A stretch of DNA of 63,979 nt from Candidatus Omnitrophota bacterium (GCA_024542985.1 JAMXCX010000002.1:1-63979), one strand, 5' to 3'; shown: positions 1 to 8,787, counted from the stretch's first letter. Numbers and translations are program-made. Notes: a model not told the origin generated them from the sequence alone.

Positions 1-458
1 GAACTCTTCGGGTAGGTAATTATAAAACTCTTGGCAGGACTTACTGATTGGGGAATTGAGGTTACTCTCTCCAATATACCTTCAGGGACATCACTGCTTC
101 CTCTCTGAACAAAAACACCCTCATCAAACTCAATAATTGTCCAGCCAATCTTTGCAGGCTTTTCTTTCTTGCTGCGGGAAACATATATTGTTTTTGAATC
201 ATAAAAGTCCGGAACAAAAAAACTCCCGTAGTCATGAGTGCTGGCTGTCTCTACAGAAATTAAAATAATAGTTTTGGAGGTATCAACTTCTCTTATGGAA
301 ACTATTCTTGCGATATCTTCAGCAGAAAATTCGACTATCCCTGACTGGACTTTTTTAACCTGGACTGCTTGGGCTTTAGGAAGGAAAAAGGGGAGAAAAA
401 CAAACCCTTCTAAAATAATTATTTTAGCAAAAAAAAATAGAAATCTTTCTCTGGTCAA
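1..458 (-). CDS. hypothetical secreted protein (gene continues past window start)
   Basis: Not in the ORF track. The minus frame is open from TTG at 458 to base 1 (152 codons). The N-terminus TRERFLFFFAKIIILEGFVFLPFFLPKAQA looks like a signal peptide. Start codon uncertain. Confidence 0.5.
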   Translation of the reverse strand, partial: MTRERFLFFFAKIIILEGFVFLPFFLPKAQAVQVKKVQSGIVEFSAEDIARIVSIREVDTSKTIILISVETASTHDYGSFFVPDFYDSKTIYVSRSKKEKPAKIGWTIIEFDEGVFVQRGSSDVPEGILERVTSIPQSVSPAKSFIITYPKS

Positions 459-510
459 CCGATCTGTCTTCTTTTTTTCCTAAATGACTATTTATACCCA
501 ATTATCTTTG

Positions 511-595
511 CCCCGTTAGAGAAAGCCACCGTTAGATAGTAAACATCTAATGAGGGTCAGCGCAAACCGTTAGAGGAGGAAGTTCTCTAACGGGG
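511..595 (-). other. cluster of four copies of a CCGTTAGAG-type motif (three direct, one inverted)
   Basis: ccccgttagag at 511-521, ccgttaga at 529-536, ccgttagag at 567-575, and the inverted ctctaacgggg at 585-595. Lies in the spacer between two minus-strand genes. Confidence 0.6.
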
Positions 596-599
596 TTTG

Positions 600-1022
600 C
601 TAATTAGTCGCCTGCTTTAACATCCTGCTTCGTATACGCTCTCTGTCAGCGACATCTTCTCCCAGCCTTATAAACTCAATGGTTTTTGCGATATTTTTTA
701 CCTCTCCTTCTCCCTGGTCGGTTGTATCTTTTATCTGGTCATAACCCACGATTACAACATCTCCCATTTTTATATTGCTAATAAAATCTTTGCCTATTAT
801 TCTGTAACCGGGCTCTAGATGAAAATGCATATCACGATTAAGGACCCCTCTTTCGGTCATGGCTTCTATACCTATATATACCGGGTTAGCAAGCGGGCTA
901 AGCGATATTAGCCTGCCATAAATTTCCTTTCTGGTTATAGTTTCCTCGCAATAAACCGCAAAAAAATAAAGCATGAAAACACTCGTAAAGAATGCTAAAA
1001 TTATTGCTTTTCGTTTGTTCAT
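600..1022 (-). CDS. hypothetical membrane-anchored protein
   Basis: 140-aa ORF with an N-terminal hydrophobic helix (AIILAFFTSVFMLYFFAVY). Co-directional and tightly packed with its neighbours. No recognisable motif. Confidence 0.55.
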   Translation of the reverse strand: MNKRKAIILAFFTSVFMLYFFAVYCEETITRKEIYGRLISLSPLANPVYIGIEAMTERGVLNRDMHFHLEPGYRIIGKDFISNIKMGDVVIVGYDQIKDTTDQGEGEVKNIAKTIEFIRLGEDVADRERIRSRMLKQATN

Positions 1023-1075
1023 ATTTGCTTAAAAAGGCTCTAGACCCATCTTGCGCGAATTTGCTTTGAGCTTTA

Positions 1076-2533
1076 TCATTTAGTTTTTCTTGTTTTTATA
1101 TAGGCTTTTATGATTTTTTGTACTTTCTTAGGCTTATCATTAGAATCTGTTGCTATATTATTTATTTTTTCAACTACTCTGTATCCAGAAATAACCTCAC
1201 CAAATATCGTATGTTTTTTATTTAACCGGGGTACCGGTTTTACTGTTATAAAAAATTGGCTTTTATTTGTATTTGGCCCGGAATTAGCCATGGCTAGGAG
1301 TCCTTGCCGGTCAAAGGAAACCTTATCGGTCATCTCGTCAGAAAAAGCCTCTCCCCAAATAGATTCACCCCCTGTACCTGTTCCCGTAGGGTCACCCCCT
1401 TGAATCATGAAATCTTTTATAATCCGGTGGAATATTGTATCGTCATAATAGCCTTTTTCAACCAATCCAATAAAATTCTCACAAGTCTTAGGCGCAATGT
1501 CAACAAACAACTTCAATTCTATCTCACCTCTATTAGTCTTTAAAACCACTAAAGATTTATTCTTAAGCTCCTCTATTTTCGCAGTCTGTTTATTTTCAGC
1601 TACATAATCTCTGTAATTGGCCTGCTTAAATAAATTATCGAAATAATCTTTAACTATTCTGCGGGTTTTAAACCTGGTAAGCATATCTTTATAATATTGC
1701 TTCTTTTTTTCATCGTATTCCTTAATGCCTGCCTCTCTTTTGCGAAGCAGGCGAAAAACAGCATCGCCATAGTAAAATTTTGCTACAATAAAATCACCTT
1801 CTTTATGTCTTAGAATGCGGTAAGCATCGCTTTTAGGTATTTTCCAAAGATCTATTAAAGCATCTAGGGCCATTATGTTTATCCATGCAGCTCCTTTTTG
1901 GCCTAGAGATTTTTTAGTATCATAAGTCTGCTTCCAAAGCCTAGGATTTCTTTTAACGTTCTTTAAGAATGTTCTAGCTTCCTTTTCATTTTCGAACTTT
2001 ATATACTCACTCTCAAAAGAATTATATTGATTCAAAAATTTCTGTTTTGCCTCTTTGGCTGTTACTTTTACCCGGGGGTTAGTCTTTATACTTAAAAATT
2101 TATTAATTATCAACAAATCCTCTATCCTATGCTCAAAAATACTTGTGTCTTCATAAAGCTGCAGTTTTACCCATTGGCTGTATGCGGCAGTATCCTTTTC
2201 TATTCCCTTCTCATTAAGCAGGCGCTTCAATTCCTCCTCTAACTCACTCCGTCTAACCTTTATGCCTTCCTCTTGGGCTGCCCGCCTAAATATTAAATTC
2301 TGCCAAGCTTCCTGGCGAGTCTCTTCGTCGCTGCGATCCTGAGTCCCGCTACGGGTAAAAATAGCGGCAGTTTTATAATAATAGTTAAACCTATCTCGGG
2401 TTATTTTCTCTCCGAAAGCCTCACCAACAACATCCTGCAACGACTTTATATCTTGAGCAGAAATAATATCCGCGCCAAGGCTTAAGGAAACTAAACAACA
2501 TAATGTAAGAAACAATAATCTTTTTATAAACAT
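1076..2533 (-). CDS. periplasmic chaperone-like N-domain fused to cyclophilin-type peptidyl-prolyl isomerase
   Basis: Signal peptide, then a helical SurA-N-like region. C-terminal cyclophilin signatures FHRIIKDFMIQGGDP and SGPNTNKSQFFIT. Confidence 0.85.
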   Translation of the reverse strand: MFIKRLLFLTLCCLVSLSLGADIISAQDIKSLQDVVGEAFGEKITRDRFNYYYKTAAIFTRSGTQDRSDEETRQEAWQNLIFRRAAQEEGIKVRRSELEEELKRLLNEKGIEKDTAAYSQWVKLQLYEDTSIFEHRIEDLLIINKFLSIKTNPRVKVTAKEAKQKFLNQYNSFESEYIKFENEKEARTFLKNVKRNPRLWKQTYDTKKSLGQKGAAWINIMALDALIDLWKIPKSDAYRILRHKEGDFIVAKFYYGDAVFRLLRKREAGIKEYDEKKKQYYKDMLTRFKTRRIVKDYFDNLFKQANYRDYVAENKQTAKIEELKNKSLVVLKTNRGEIELKLFVDIAPKTCENFIGLVEKGYYDDTIFHRIIKDFMIQGGDPTGTGTGGESIWGEAFSDEMTDKVSFDRQGLLAMANSGPNTNKSQFFITVKPVPRLNKKHTIFGEVISGYRVVEKINNIATDSNDKPKKVQKIIKAYIKTRKTK

Positions 2534-2539
2534 ATCGAG

Positions 2540-3052
2540 TTATTCAACTATCTCTATTGTGACCGGCTCTGAGGTAATTCTACCTTTATAAACGTTGAGG
2601 CCAATTTCTCTGCCGTATACATTCTGATAAATTCCGGTAATCTTATAAACTCCTAACTCCAAAAAATCAAAATAAGGTTTTATACCTCTCTTTCTTTGGG
2701 AAACTGTTTCTTCGCCAGATTTTAATAAAATAAAATCATCAGTTTTTGGCAGTCCTGTTTCTTGAGATATTTTAGAAGGCAACCCTATTCCCTTGGGAGA
2801 TATAACAGAAAGATAAATTTCTCGGTCATCTTTTTTGCTCACTTTTGAATTTAAATAAAACCTATTATTAACATATACAGCTTCTTCGCCATTATTTTTC
2901 AATTTAAACTCTACGTATATTTGGTCTGATTTCTTATACTGGGATTTATCAAAGAGGAGGGTTAAAACTAAATCTCTACCTACAGCCGTCACCTCGAATA
3001 AAAAAACAAAAAATATTACGAATGTAACTAAAGCCCTGCGGCCTGACTTCAT
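2540..3052 (-). CDS. hypothetical secreted protein
   Basis: 170-aa ORF with a signal/anchor helix (LVTFVIFFVFLFEVTAVG), 7 nt upstream of the next gene. Beta-rich composition, no known motif. Confidence 0.55.
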   Translation of the reverse strand: MKSGRRALVTFVIFFVFLFEVTAVGRDLVLTLLFDKSQYKKSDQIYVEFKLKNNGEEAVYVNNRFYLNSKVSKKDDREIYLSVISPKGIGLPSKISQETGLPKTDDFILLKSGEETVSQRKRGIKPYFDFLELGVYKITGIYQNVYGREIGLNVYKGRITSEPVTIEIVE

Positions 3053-3109
3053 TTTAATATTTATATAATTAAAGGTTGGTGTTTTTAAAACTTATAAAAA
3101 CTTAAAGTA

Positions 3110-4306
3110 TCAATGAAAAGTCCTTTGGCCTTCATAGGTTTCCCAAGTAAGCAAGTATTTTTTTACCCAATCAACATCCTTATCTCCGCCTTTAACTAGT
3201 CTTAAGAAATTTCGAAAATGATTTATAGCTTTTTTTCTGTCTACGAGATACTCTGAATAAATAAATCCTAGGTTAAAATGAACATAGGCATCATCCGGTG
3301 TCATATCTGCAGTCTTTTTAAATTCCTCAAGCGCCCTTTCATATTCTTTGTTCCTTGTGTAAAATACCCCTAAATTATAATGCATGCGGGCAGTTTCTCT
3401 AACCAGCACTCTATTTTGGCGCACAATTTCCGTAAACTTTGCCGGCAAAACCCTTGCTTCTTCCTCCAATAACTTATTTTTTTCTACCGCTTTTGCATAT
3501 TTTTTCTTGTCCTCTCGAAGACTCATATCCAATTCTTCGATTCTTTGATTAGAGCGGTCTCTCGCCGCTTTAAGCTGCTCAGACTCAGCTTCTTTTTTCT
3601 TTAAAAGCGTTACTACATCCTTTTTCTCTTTCTTAATCCCGGTAATTTTTTTCTCCAATTCTCTGACTGCTGTTCCATCGCTTAAATCCTTATAAGCGGC
3701 CTTAAAGCGATTTCTTTCTTTAACTAACTCTGCCTGGGAAGACTTAAACTCTTTAACCTCATCTCTTAACCCCCTAATGATTTTTGAGTTAGAAATCTTA
3801 AGCTTCTCGTTTTCGTCTTTTAAGCCCTGGACCCTCTGGGCCAGCATTTTTTTAAGTTCATCATTTTCACTTTTTAAGACAATATTGTGGCTTAAGGCAT
3901 CATCTTTTTCTTTTCCCATTAATTCTAGATTTACTCTGATTTTGTCTAAAGAATTCTGGAGCTCTTTAATTCTATTTTTCACTGGAAGTAAATTCCGCAC
4001 CTGGGCCAAAAGATTCCTGCGGTCTTCTTTTATAGCCTCAAACTTTTTAAACAACTCCATATATTTTTCTTTTAACTCTTGTTTTTCTTGACTAAGCTTT
4101 CTATAGCCCGGCATCATACCTTCTAACTCGTCCGAAATATCATCTTTTATTGATTCAAACTCAGCGAATAAATCTGAATATCCACCACCTGCTCCTTCTC
4201 CCTCCAGCAATCTTGAATTATCCTGCGAATATGCAAACCCAAAGTTTAAAGCTCCAGAAAAAAATAAAACGCCTATTAATATAATAGGCAGCTTAAGGTT
4301 GTTCAT
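3110..4306 (-). CDS. coiled-coil plus TPR protein (MshN/PilF-like secretin-associated)
   Basis: Start moved to the ATG at 4306 (MNNLKLPIILIG...), which follows the SD aaggagagag. Long heptad-rich coiled coil and C-terminal TPR-like repeats (YNLGVFYTRNKEYERALEEFKK, HFNLGFIY). Confidence 0.65.
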   Translation of the reverse strand: MNNLKLPIILIGVLFFSGALNFGFAYSQDNSRLLEGEGAGGGYSDLFAEFESIKDDISDELEGMMPGYRKLSQEKQELKEKYMELFKKFEAIKEDRRNLLAQVRNLLPVKNRIKELQNSLDKIRVNLELMGKEKDDALSHNIVLKSENDELKKMLAQRVQGLKDENEKLKISNSKIIRGLRDEVKEFKSSQAELVKERNRFKAAYKDLSDGTAVRELEKKITGIKKEKKDVVTLLKKKEAESEQLKAARDRSNQRIEELDMSLREDKKKYAKAVEKNKLLEEEARVLPAKFTEIVRQNRVLVRETARMHYNLGVFYTRNKEYERALEEFKKTADMTPDDAYVHFNLGFIYSEYLVDRKKAINHFRNFLRLVKGGDKDVDWVKKYLLTWETYEGQRTFH

Positions 4307-6146
4307 CTTCTCTCTCTCCTTTAATTCCAATTACTAATTCTGAATCTGATTCTTCCCTTCTATCATAATAATATGACTGATATGGTTTTATCGCCTCATC
4401 TAGAGTCTTCCTAGATTCTTCCAGTTCTGTTTGATAAGTAAAAGCAGGATAACCTTTATATTCTTTAATATTTACATCATCGCTAACGCTTCGCCCATCT
4501 GCTGTAATTAAAGCGTCTGGTGCTGAAATGTGCGGAGTTATTAAAACCAGCAATTCTGTTACATCAACTCTATCCGTAGAACTTTTAAATAGAAAGCCTA
4601 AAAAAGGTATCCTGCTAAAGAAAGGAACTTCATCAGAGTTAGCAGTTTTTTCCTCTTTACGCATCCCCCCAATAATTACAGTAGCACCATCTTTTACCAT
4701 TACGGTTGTCTCAGCAGTTGAAGTATCAACTATAGGTATTTTATTATTACTGGGAGTAATTAAAAAATCAACTACACTGGAAATTTCCGGTTTTATTTTT
4801 AAGGTAACATATCCATCATCATTTATAGTTGGTGTAACTGATAATTTAATTCCGACATCGATGAAAGTCACATCTTCAGATATAGTAGAAGTAGTTTGGC
4901 CGGTAGTAGTGGTAGTAGTAATATAAGCCTGTCTTTCTCCCACGTGAATTCTTGCTTCATGGTTATTTAGTGCTGATATGGTAGGATTGGAAAGAATTTT
5001 GGTCTCACCCAAAGTGTTTAGGTAATTAACTACTACATCAAAATCATGGTCGTCTGTCACCATACCGATATGCATATTTTTACCAGGTTTAGTTGTCCCG
5101 CTGCCGGTATAACCGCTAGTAGTTCCTGAGCCGGGAAAAGAACCGACTTGTCCTCCTATGCTATTAAGCCAGTCTAGCCTAGACATCCAATCCTCTGAGC
5201 TATCCTGCAACATGCTAAAAGGATAAGACCCAAAATAGGTCATTCCCCCTGGATTTAGATTAAACAACCCCTCCCACTCAATACCTCTAGCCTGAGAATT
5301 AGATAACTTTATCTTAATAATTCTAGTATCTATCATCACTTGTTTAGTTTTTTTATCTAAGGCGGCGATTAACACCTCTATCTCTTTCATCCGCTCCGGA
5401 AGGGCCCTGACAATAACCTGGTTCGTGCGCTCATCTGCCTTAATTGTACCTATCTTTTTAGCATCTATTTGGGCTTTAAGTTGTGTTTGTACATCTTTGG
5501 CGTTAGCATACTTTAAATCAAAAATCTTCACTGTATTTCTTTCCTCGAGTACGGCCAAAGCCTGCTCAATTCTTTTAATGCTTTCCGGAGTATCCATAAT
5601 TAAAGCCGTTCCTGAATCCGGCTCAACTAGCACTCTCCCAATGGCGCTCTTTAAAGTATCAAAGAGACTAAAAGCCTGGTCAGGTATAGCGTACTGAAGC
5701 CGAAACACCTTAACCTGACGCTGATCAGAAAACCTGCGGCCGAATAAAGACTTGTATTCGTTTTCGGTCATTATATTATAAATATTACCTTGTTTAACAT
5801 AAGCAAGGTCATTGGAACGCAGTACAATATCAAAGATATCCTTAACCACTACATTGTCAACTTTAAGCGTAACTCTTCCGGTAATATTCTTTGAAGAAAC
5901 AATATTCAAACCGGCTTTCATTGCTAAAAACTTCAAGGTATCACCCACATCAATATTGCGTAAATCCAAAGAAACCAAGCCTTCCATGCCCACGGGTTTA
6001 GCTGCTTCCTTTATCTGTTCTGCCGACGCTAAAGCCTGCTGGACACTTTTCTGCTGGGCATAATTACTGCCAGGGATAAGCAATAATATACCCACAAATA
6101 ATCCCGACATAAAAAGCGCCTTAAATAAGCTTTTAAAAATAATCAT
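4293..6146 (-). CDS. secretin (PilQ/GspD/MshL family outer-membrane channel)
   Basis: N-terminal secretin-N/STN-like domain (DVGDTLKFLAMKAGLNIV). C-terminal secretin core ILSNPTISALNNHEARIHVG...VPFFSRIPFLGFLFK...LLVLITPHI. Confidence 0.9.
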   Translation of the reverse strand: MIIFKSLFKALFMSGLFVGILLLIPGSNYAQQKSVQQALASAEQIKEAAKPVGMEGLVSLDLRNIDVGDTLKFLAMKAGLNIVSSKNITGRVTLKVDNVVVKDIFDIVLRSNDLAYVKQGNIYNIMTENEYKSLFGRRFSDQRQVKVFRLQYAIPDQAFSLFDTLKSAIGRVLVEPDSGTALIMDTPESIKRIEQALAVLEERNTVKIFDLKYANAKDVQTQLKAQIDAKKIGTIKADERTNQVIVRALPERMKEIEVLIAALDKKTKQVMIDTRIIKIKLSNSQARGIEWEGLFNLNPGGMTYFGSYPFSMLQDSSEDWMSRLDWLNSIGGQVGSFPGSGTTSGYTGSGTTKPGKNMHIGMVTDDHDFDVVVNYLNTLGETKILSNPTISALNNHEARIHVGERQAYITTTTTTGQTTSTISEDVTFIDVGIKLSVTPTINDDGYVTLKIKPEISSVVDFLITPSNNKIPIVDTSTAETTVMVKDGATVIIGGMRKEEKTANSDEVPFFSRIPFLGFLFKSSTDRVDVTELLVLITPHISAPDALITADGRSVSDDVNIKEYKGYPAFTYQTELEESRKTLDEAIKPYQSYYYDRREESDSELVIGIKGEREDEQP

Positions 6147-6826
6147 TTCAACTCAACTTCCTCTCCACCGTAACCTAAAATAATCTTATCTTTGAAAATT
6201 GCTTCGACTTTAAATTTATCTATCATCTCACCTCTTTTTATAAAGAAAGTCCTGCCGGTATTGGTATCTTCAACCATTGCGTCTGGATCATCTGACCAGG
6301 AAATCCCGACCAATCTTAAATGTTTTATTTCATCAACCAATCTTGCCGCTATAACCGGCGCAAAAACTTTGCTAAGATCTACACTATCTGCACCGCCTAT
6401 CCGAAATATATTTCTTTGCCTTACTTTTCCTAGATAATACGTTGATGATTTTTTTAAAACCGAAACTTCAGGAAAAGCCGCTGTCTTTATACTTTCTTTA
6501 CTATCCAATTGCAAATCAGGCATATTTCTTAAGTTAGTAGTAGAAAAATAGGCATTATACAAAAAATAACCCGCTAAAATAATAATACAAAGAACTAAAA
6601 TGCTATTTATTAGTTTAAAATCTAAAGGGCTGATGCCTCCTTTGACGCTTTGTTTAAATTTCTCAGCCCAAAAAGAAAACCTGCTTATCCAAGCAGCAGG
6701 CGAAAGCAGGCTTAAACCGCGATGTTTAACCTTTTGTGCCTGTAATGCACCTTTATTCTGTAACTTCGGGTCTTCAATTAATCTTAATAGCTGTTTTTCT
6801 GGAGTAATATCTCTTTCTTCTGCCAT
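6143..6826 (-). CDS. GspC/PilP-like secretin-interacting inner-membrane protein
   Basis: Single TM helix (ILVLCIIILAGYFLY). The C-terminal segment LRLVGISWSDDPDAMVEDTNTGRTFFIKRGEMIDKFKVEAIFKDKIILGYGGEEVEL resembles the HR domain of GspC/PilP. ATGA overlap with the secretin start. Confidence 0.6.
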   Translation of the reverse strand: MAEERDITPEKQLLRLIEDPKLQNKGALQAQKVKHRGLSLLSPAAWISRFSFWAEKFKQSVKGGISPLDFKLINSILVLCIIILAGYFLYNAYFSTTNLRNMPDLQLDSKESIKTAAFPEVSVLKKSSTYYLGKVRQRNIFRIGGADSVDLSKVFAPVIAARLVDEIKHLRLVGISWSDDPDAMVEDTNTGRTFFIKRGEMIDKFKVEAIFKDKIILGYGGEEVELK

Positions 6827-7653
6827 CCGGCTTTAATCTCTTCATCAACTATTTTACGAATCAGAGCAGCGTCTACCACAGCTCTTCTGTCAAGTATTAA
6901 ACTTTTTAAAGCTTTATAACAAAGCATGGTTATTCTTCTCGGATAACCCTGGCTGTATTGATAAATCTCTTTTACTGCCTCCTCGATGAATAAATGCATA
7001 TTTGCTCTATAACCCGCCTGTCTGATACGAAACTTAATCATTTCCTTAGTCTCGTTATAATCTAAAGGATTCAAGGTATATTTAAAACTAATACGGTCAA
7101 AAAAATTAGCCATATTCATTATCTTAGAATGTAACTCCATCTGGCCCAAAAGGACTAACTGCAGAAGTTTAAATTGGTTTGTTTCATAATTCAAAAGGGC
7201 TCTTAAATCCTCCAAAGAATCCTCTTTTATTTTCTGAGCTTCATCAATGATAATAACAACAGTTTTGCTTTCTGTTATGCATTTCTGAAAAAGAAACCTC
7301 TCTAAAGATTCTTTTAGGTCCAAAATGCCGTAAGAACTACCTCTGTCTATGTTAATACCGAAATTCCTCACTAGAGAATTCAAAAATACATGTTCATTTT
7401 CAAAATAAGGGTCTAAAATTATATGAAAGATGAAATCTTCTCTCATCTTTAACTCTTGGATAAGCTTTCTGGAAAGCGTGGTTTTTCCGGTCCCAACATC
7501 TCCGAGAATAACCGATAGCCCCCGTTTAAGCCGAAGCTCTATCAAAATATTTGTCAATGCGGTTTCATGCTTCTTAGACAGATAGAAAAAATCCGGGTCA
7601 GGGCTTGTAGAAAACGGTTCTTTTTCGAATCCCAATAATCTGTAATAACTCAT
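6784..7653 (-). CDS. ExeA/MshM-like AAA ATPase
   Basis: Walker A GDVGTGKTT and Walker B VVIIIDEAQ. Size and layout match the general-secretion-protein-A family. Confidence 0.85.
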   Translation of the reverse strand: MSYYRLLGFEKEPFSTSPDPDFFYLSKKHETALTNILIELRLKRGLSVILGDVGTGKTTLSRKLIQELKMREDFIFHIILDPYFENEHVFLNSLVRNFGINIDRGSSYGILDLKESLERFLFQKCITESKTVVIIIDEAQKIKEDSLEDLRALLNYETNQFKLLQLVLLGQMELHSKIMNMANFFDRISFKYTLNPLDYNETKEMIKFRIRQAGYRANMHLFIEEAVKEIYQYSQGYPRRITMLCYKALKSLILDRRAVVDAALIRKIVDEEIKAGWQKKEILLQKNSY

Positions 7654-7662
7654 ATTTTCCTT

Positions 7663-7920
7663 TTATATACCAATTAATTTTTTTCGAATCAGCCGTAAAG
7701 AATAACCTTCTTCCCTTAACTTTTTTATCTTTTTCATTCTTAAATCCACAACAACTTTACTATAAAATCTTGCATTTCCTTTCTTGGCCGATACAGGCAA
7801 AAGACCAAAATCAGTATAGTGATTTACGGTTTGATAAGAAACCTTATACCTGTTCATTATACTTCTTGCGGAAATCAACTTGTTTTTTCCGCCGTTATTG
7901 TACTTATTATTATCTCGCAT
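7663..7920 (-). CDS. MerR-family helix-turn-helix protein
   Basis: 85 aa. The HTH-like segment ISARSIMNRYKVSYQTVNHYTDFGLLP is followed by a basic helix. First gene after a consensus-like promoter. Confidence 0.6.
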   Translation of the reverse strand: MRDNNKYNNGGKNKLISARSIMNRYKVSYQTVNHYTDFGLLPVSAKKGNARFYSKVVVDLRMKKIKKLREEGYSLRLIRKKLIGI

Positions 7921-7976
7921 CCTTAATTCCCCTTTTCGTTAAGATACCCAATATACTGTAATTACCATAACTCCAG

Positions 7977-8004
7977 TATATACCGTAATCTTAAACTTTG
8001 TCAA
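7977..8004 (-). promoter_or_regulatory. sigma70-like promoter of the MerR-like/secretin operon
   Basis: On the minus strand, TTGACA (8004-7999), a 16-nt spacer, then TATATA (7982-7977), about 55 nt upstream of the ATG at 7920. Confidence 0.55.
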
Positions 8005-8126
8005 GAAAAAAGTAGTGCTAAATCCTTACCCCTGCAATATTCATTATTCTGTGGATTGATTAGATGTGTTAGTATTGAAAACTTTTATGCGGTTCTCAAT
8101 TTTTCGGGTCTAACTTTATATCACTT

Positions 8127-8397
8127 TTCTTATCTTAAATCTTTTATTTTATATCTATCATCTCTTCTCTTGTCTTCTATCTTCTTAGCTTACAGCTTAT
8201 AACTTACAACTTAAAGCTTGTATAGCTTACAGCTTATAACTTACAACTTAAAGCTTGTATAGCTTACAGCTTATAACTTACAACTTAAAGCTTGCATAGC
8301 TTACAGCTTGTATCTCTTAAATCTTCTATCTTAAATTTCTTATTTCTTATCTTTTAGCTTAAAGCTTACAACTTATAACTTACAGCTTATAGCTTTA
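8127..8397. repeat. composite heptad-periodic intergenic repeat (CT-rich heptads plus AGCTTAY heptads)
   Basis: 7-nt periodicity of NNNCTTA throughout. Shares a 16-mer, a 17-mer and a 19-mer with the locus at 43181-43282. Abuts the stop codon at 8398. Confidence 0.9.
8186..8312. repeat. 37-bp tandem repeat, 3.4 copies
   Basis: The unit tagcttacagcttataacttacaacttaaagcttgta occurs at 8186-8222, 8223-8259 and 8260-8296 (one T>C change). A partial copy covers 8297-8312. Confidence 0.95.
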
Positions 8398-8787
8398 TTA
8401 CTTATCTTTAAGCTTTTTATGCGTTCGCAAAACTGATTCCAGTAAAGTCAACCCCTCTTCGAAATTATTGCTCTTAGGAAATACTCCTGATATTCCGGAA
8501 GCCATTGCCTCTCTAGCTTTGGGATCGCCTGTATGGGCACTAATAACTATTACCGGGACATCTTTGTTAAATGTTCTAATCTCTTTGAGTGCCGTAACTC
8601 CATCCATAACCGGCATATGCAAATCCAAAAAGATTATATCCGGGGCTTCATTTTTTACAACTTTTACTGCCTCTTGGCCATTAGAAGCAGTTAGTATTGC
8701 GTAGCCTTTTGACTCAAGCCAAAAAGCCATAAGCTGTCTGAAATCCTCTTCATCATCAACTAAAAGAATTTTGATACTCTTATCCAT
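8398..8787 (-). CDS. single-domain response regulator (receiver only)
   Basis: Receiver-domain (REC) residues: KILLVDDEEDF, IIFLDLHMPVMDG, VIVISAH, K at PKS. Confidence 0.9.
   Translation of the reverse strand: MDKSIKILLVDDEEDFRQLMAFWLESKGYAILTASNGQEAVKVVKNEAPDIIFLDLHMPVMDGVTALKEIRTFNKDVPVIVISAHTGDPKAREAMASGISGVFPKSNNFEEGLTLLESVLRTHKKLKDK

Noticed and set aside
238-483. Plus-strand ORF of 81 aa from the track.
   Set aside because: It lies antisense to a longer open minus-strand frame (1..458) that has a signal peptide and fits the operon direction. The plus ORF has low-complexity composition and no SD.
8186-8312. The 37-bp tandem repeats could be mistaken for a CRISPR array.
   Set aside because: The units are directly adjacent with no unique spacers. 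They are built from 7-nt sub-repeats, and no cas genes are present in the window.
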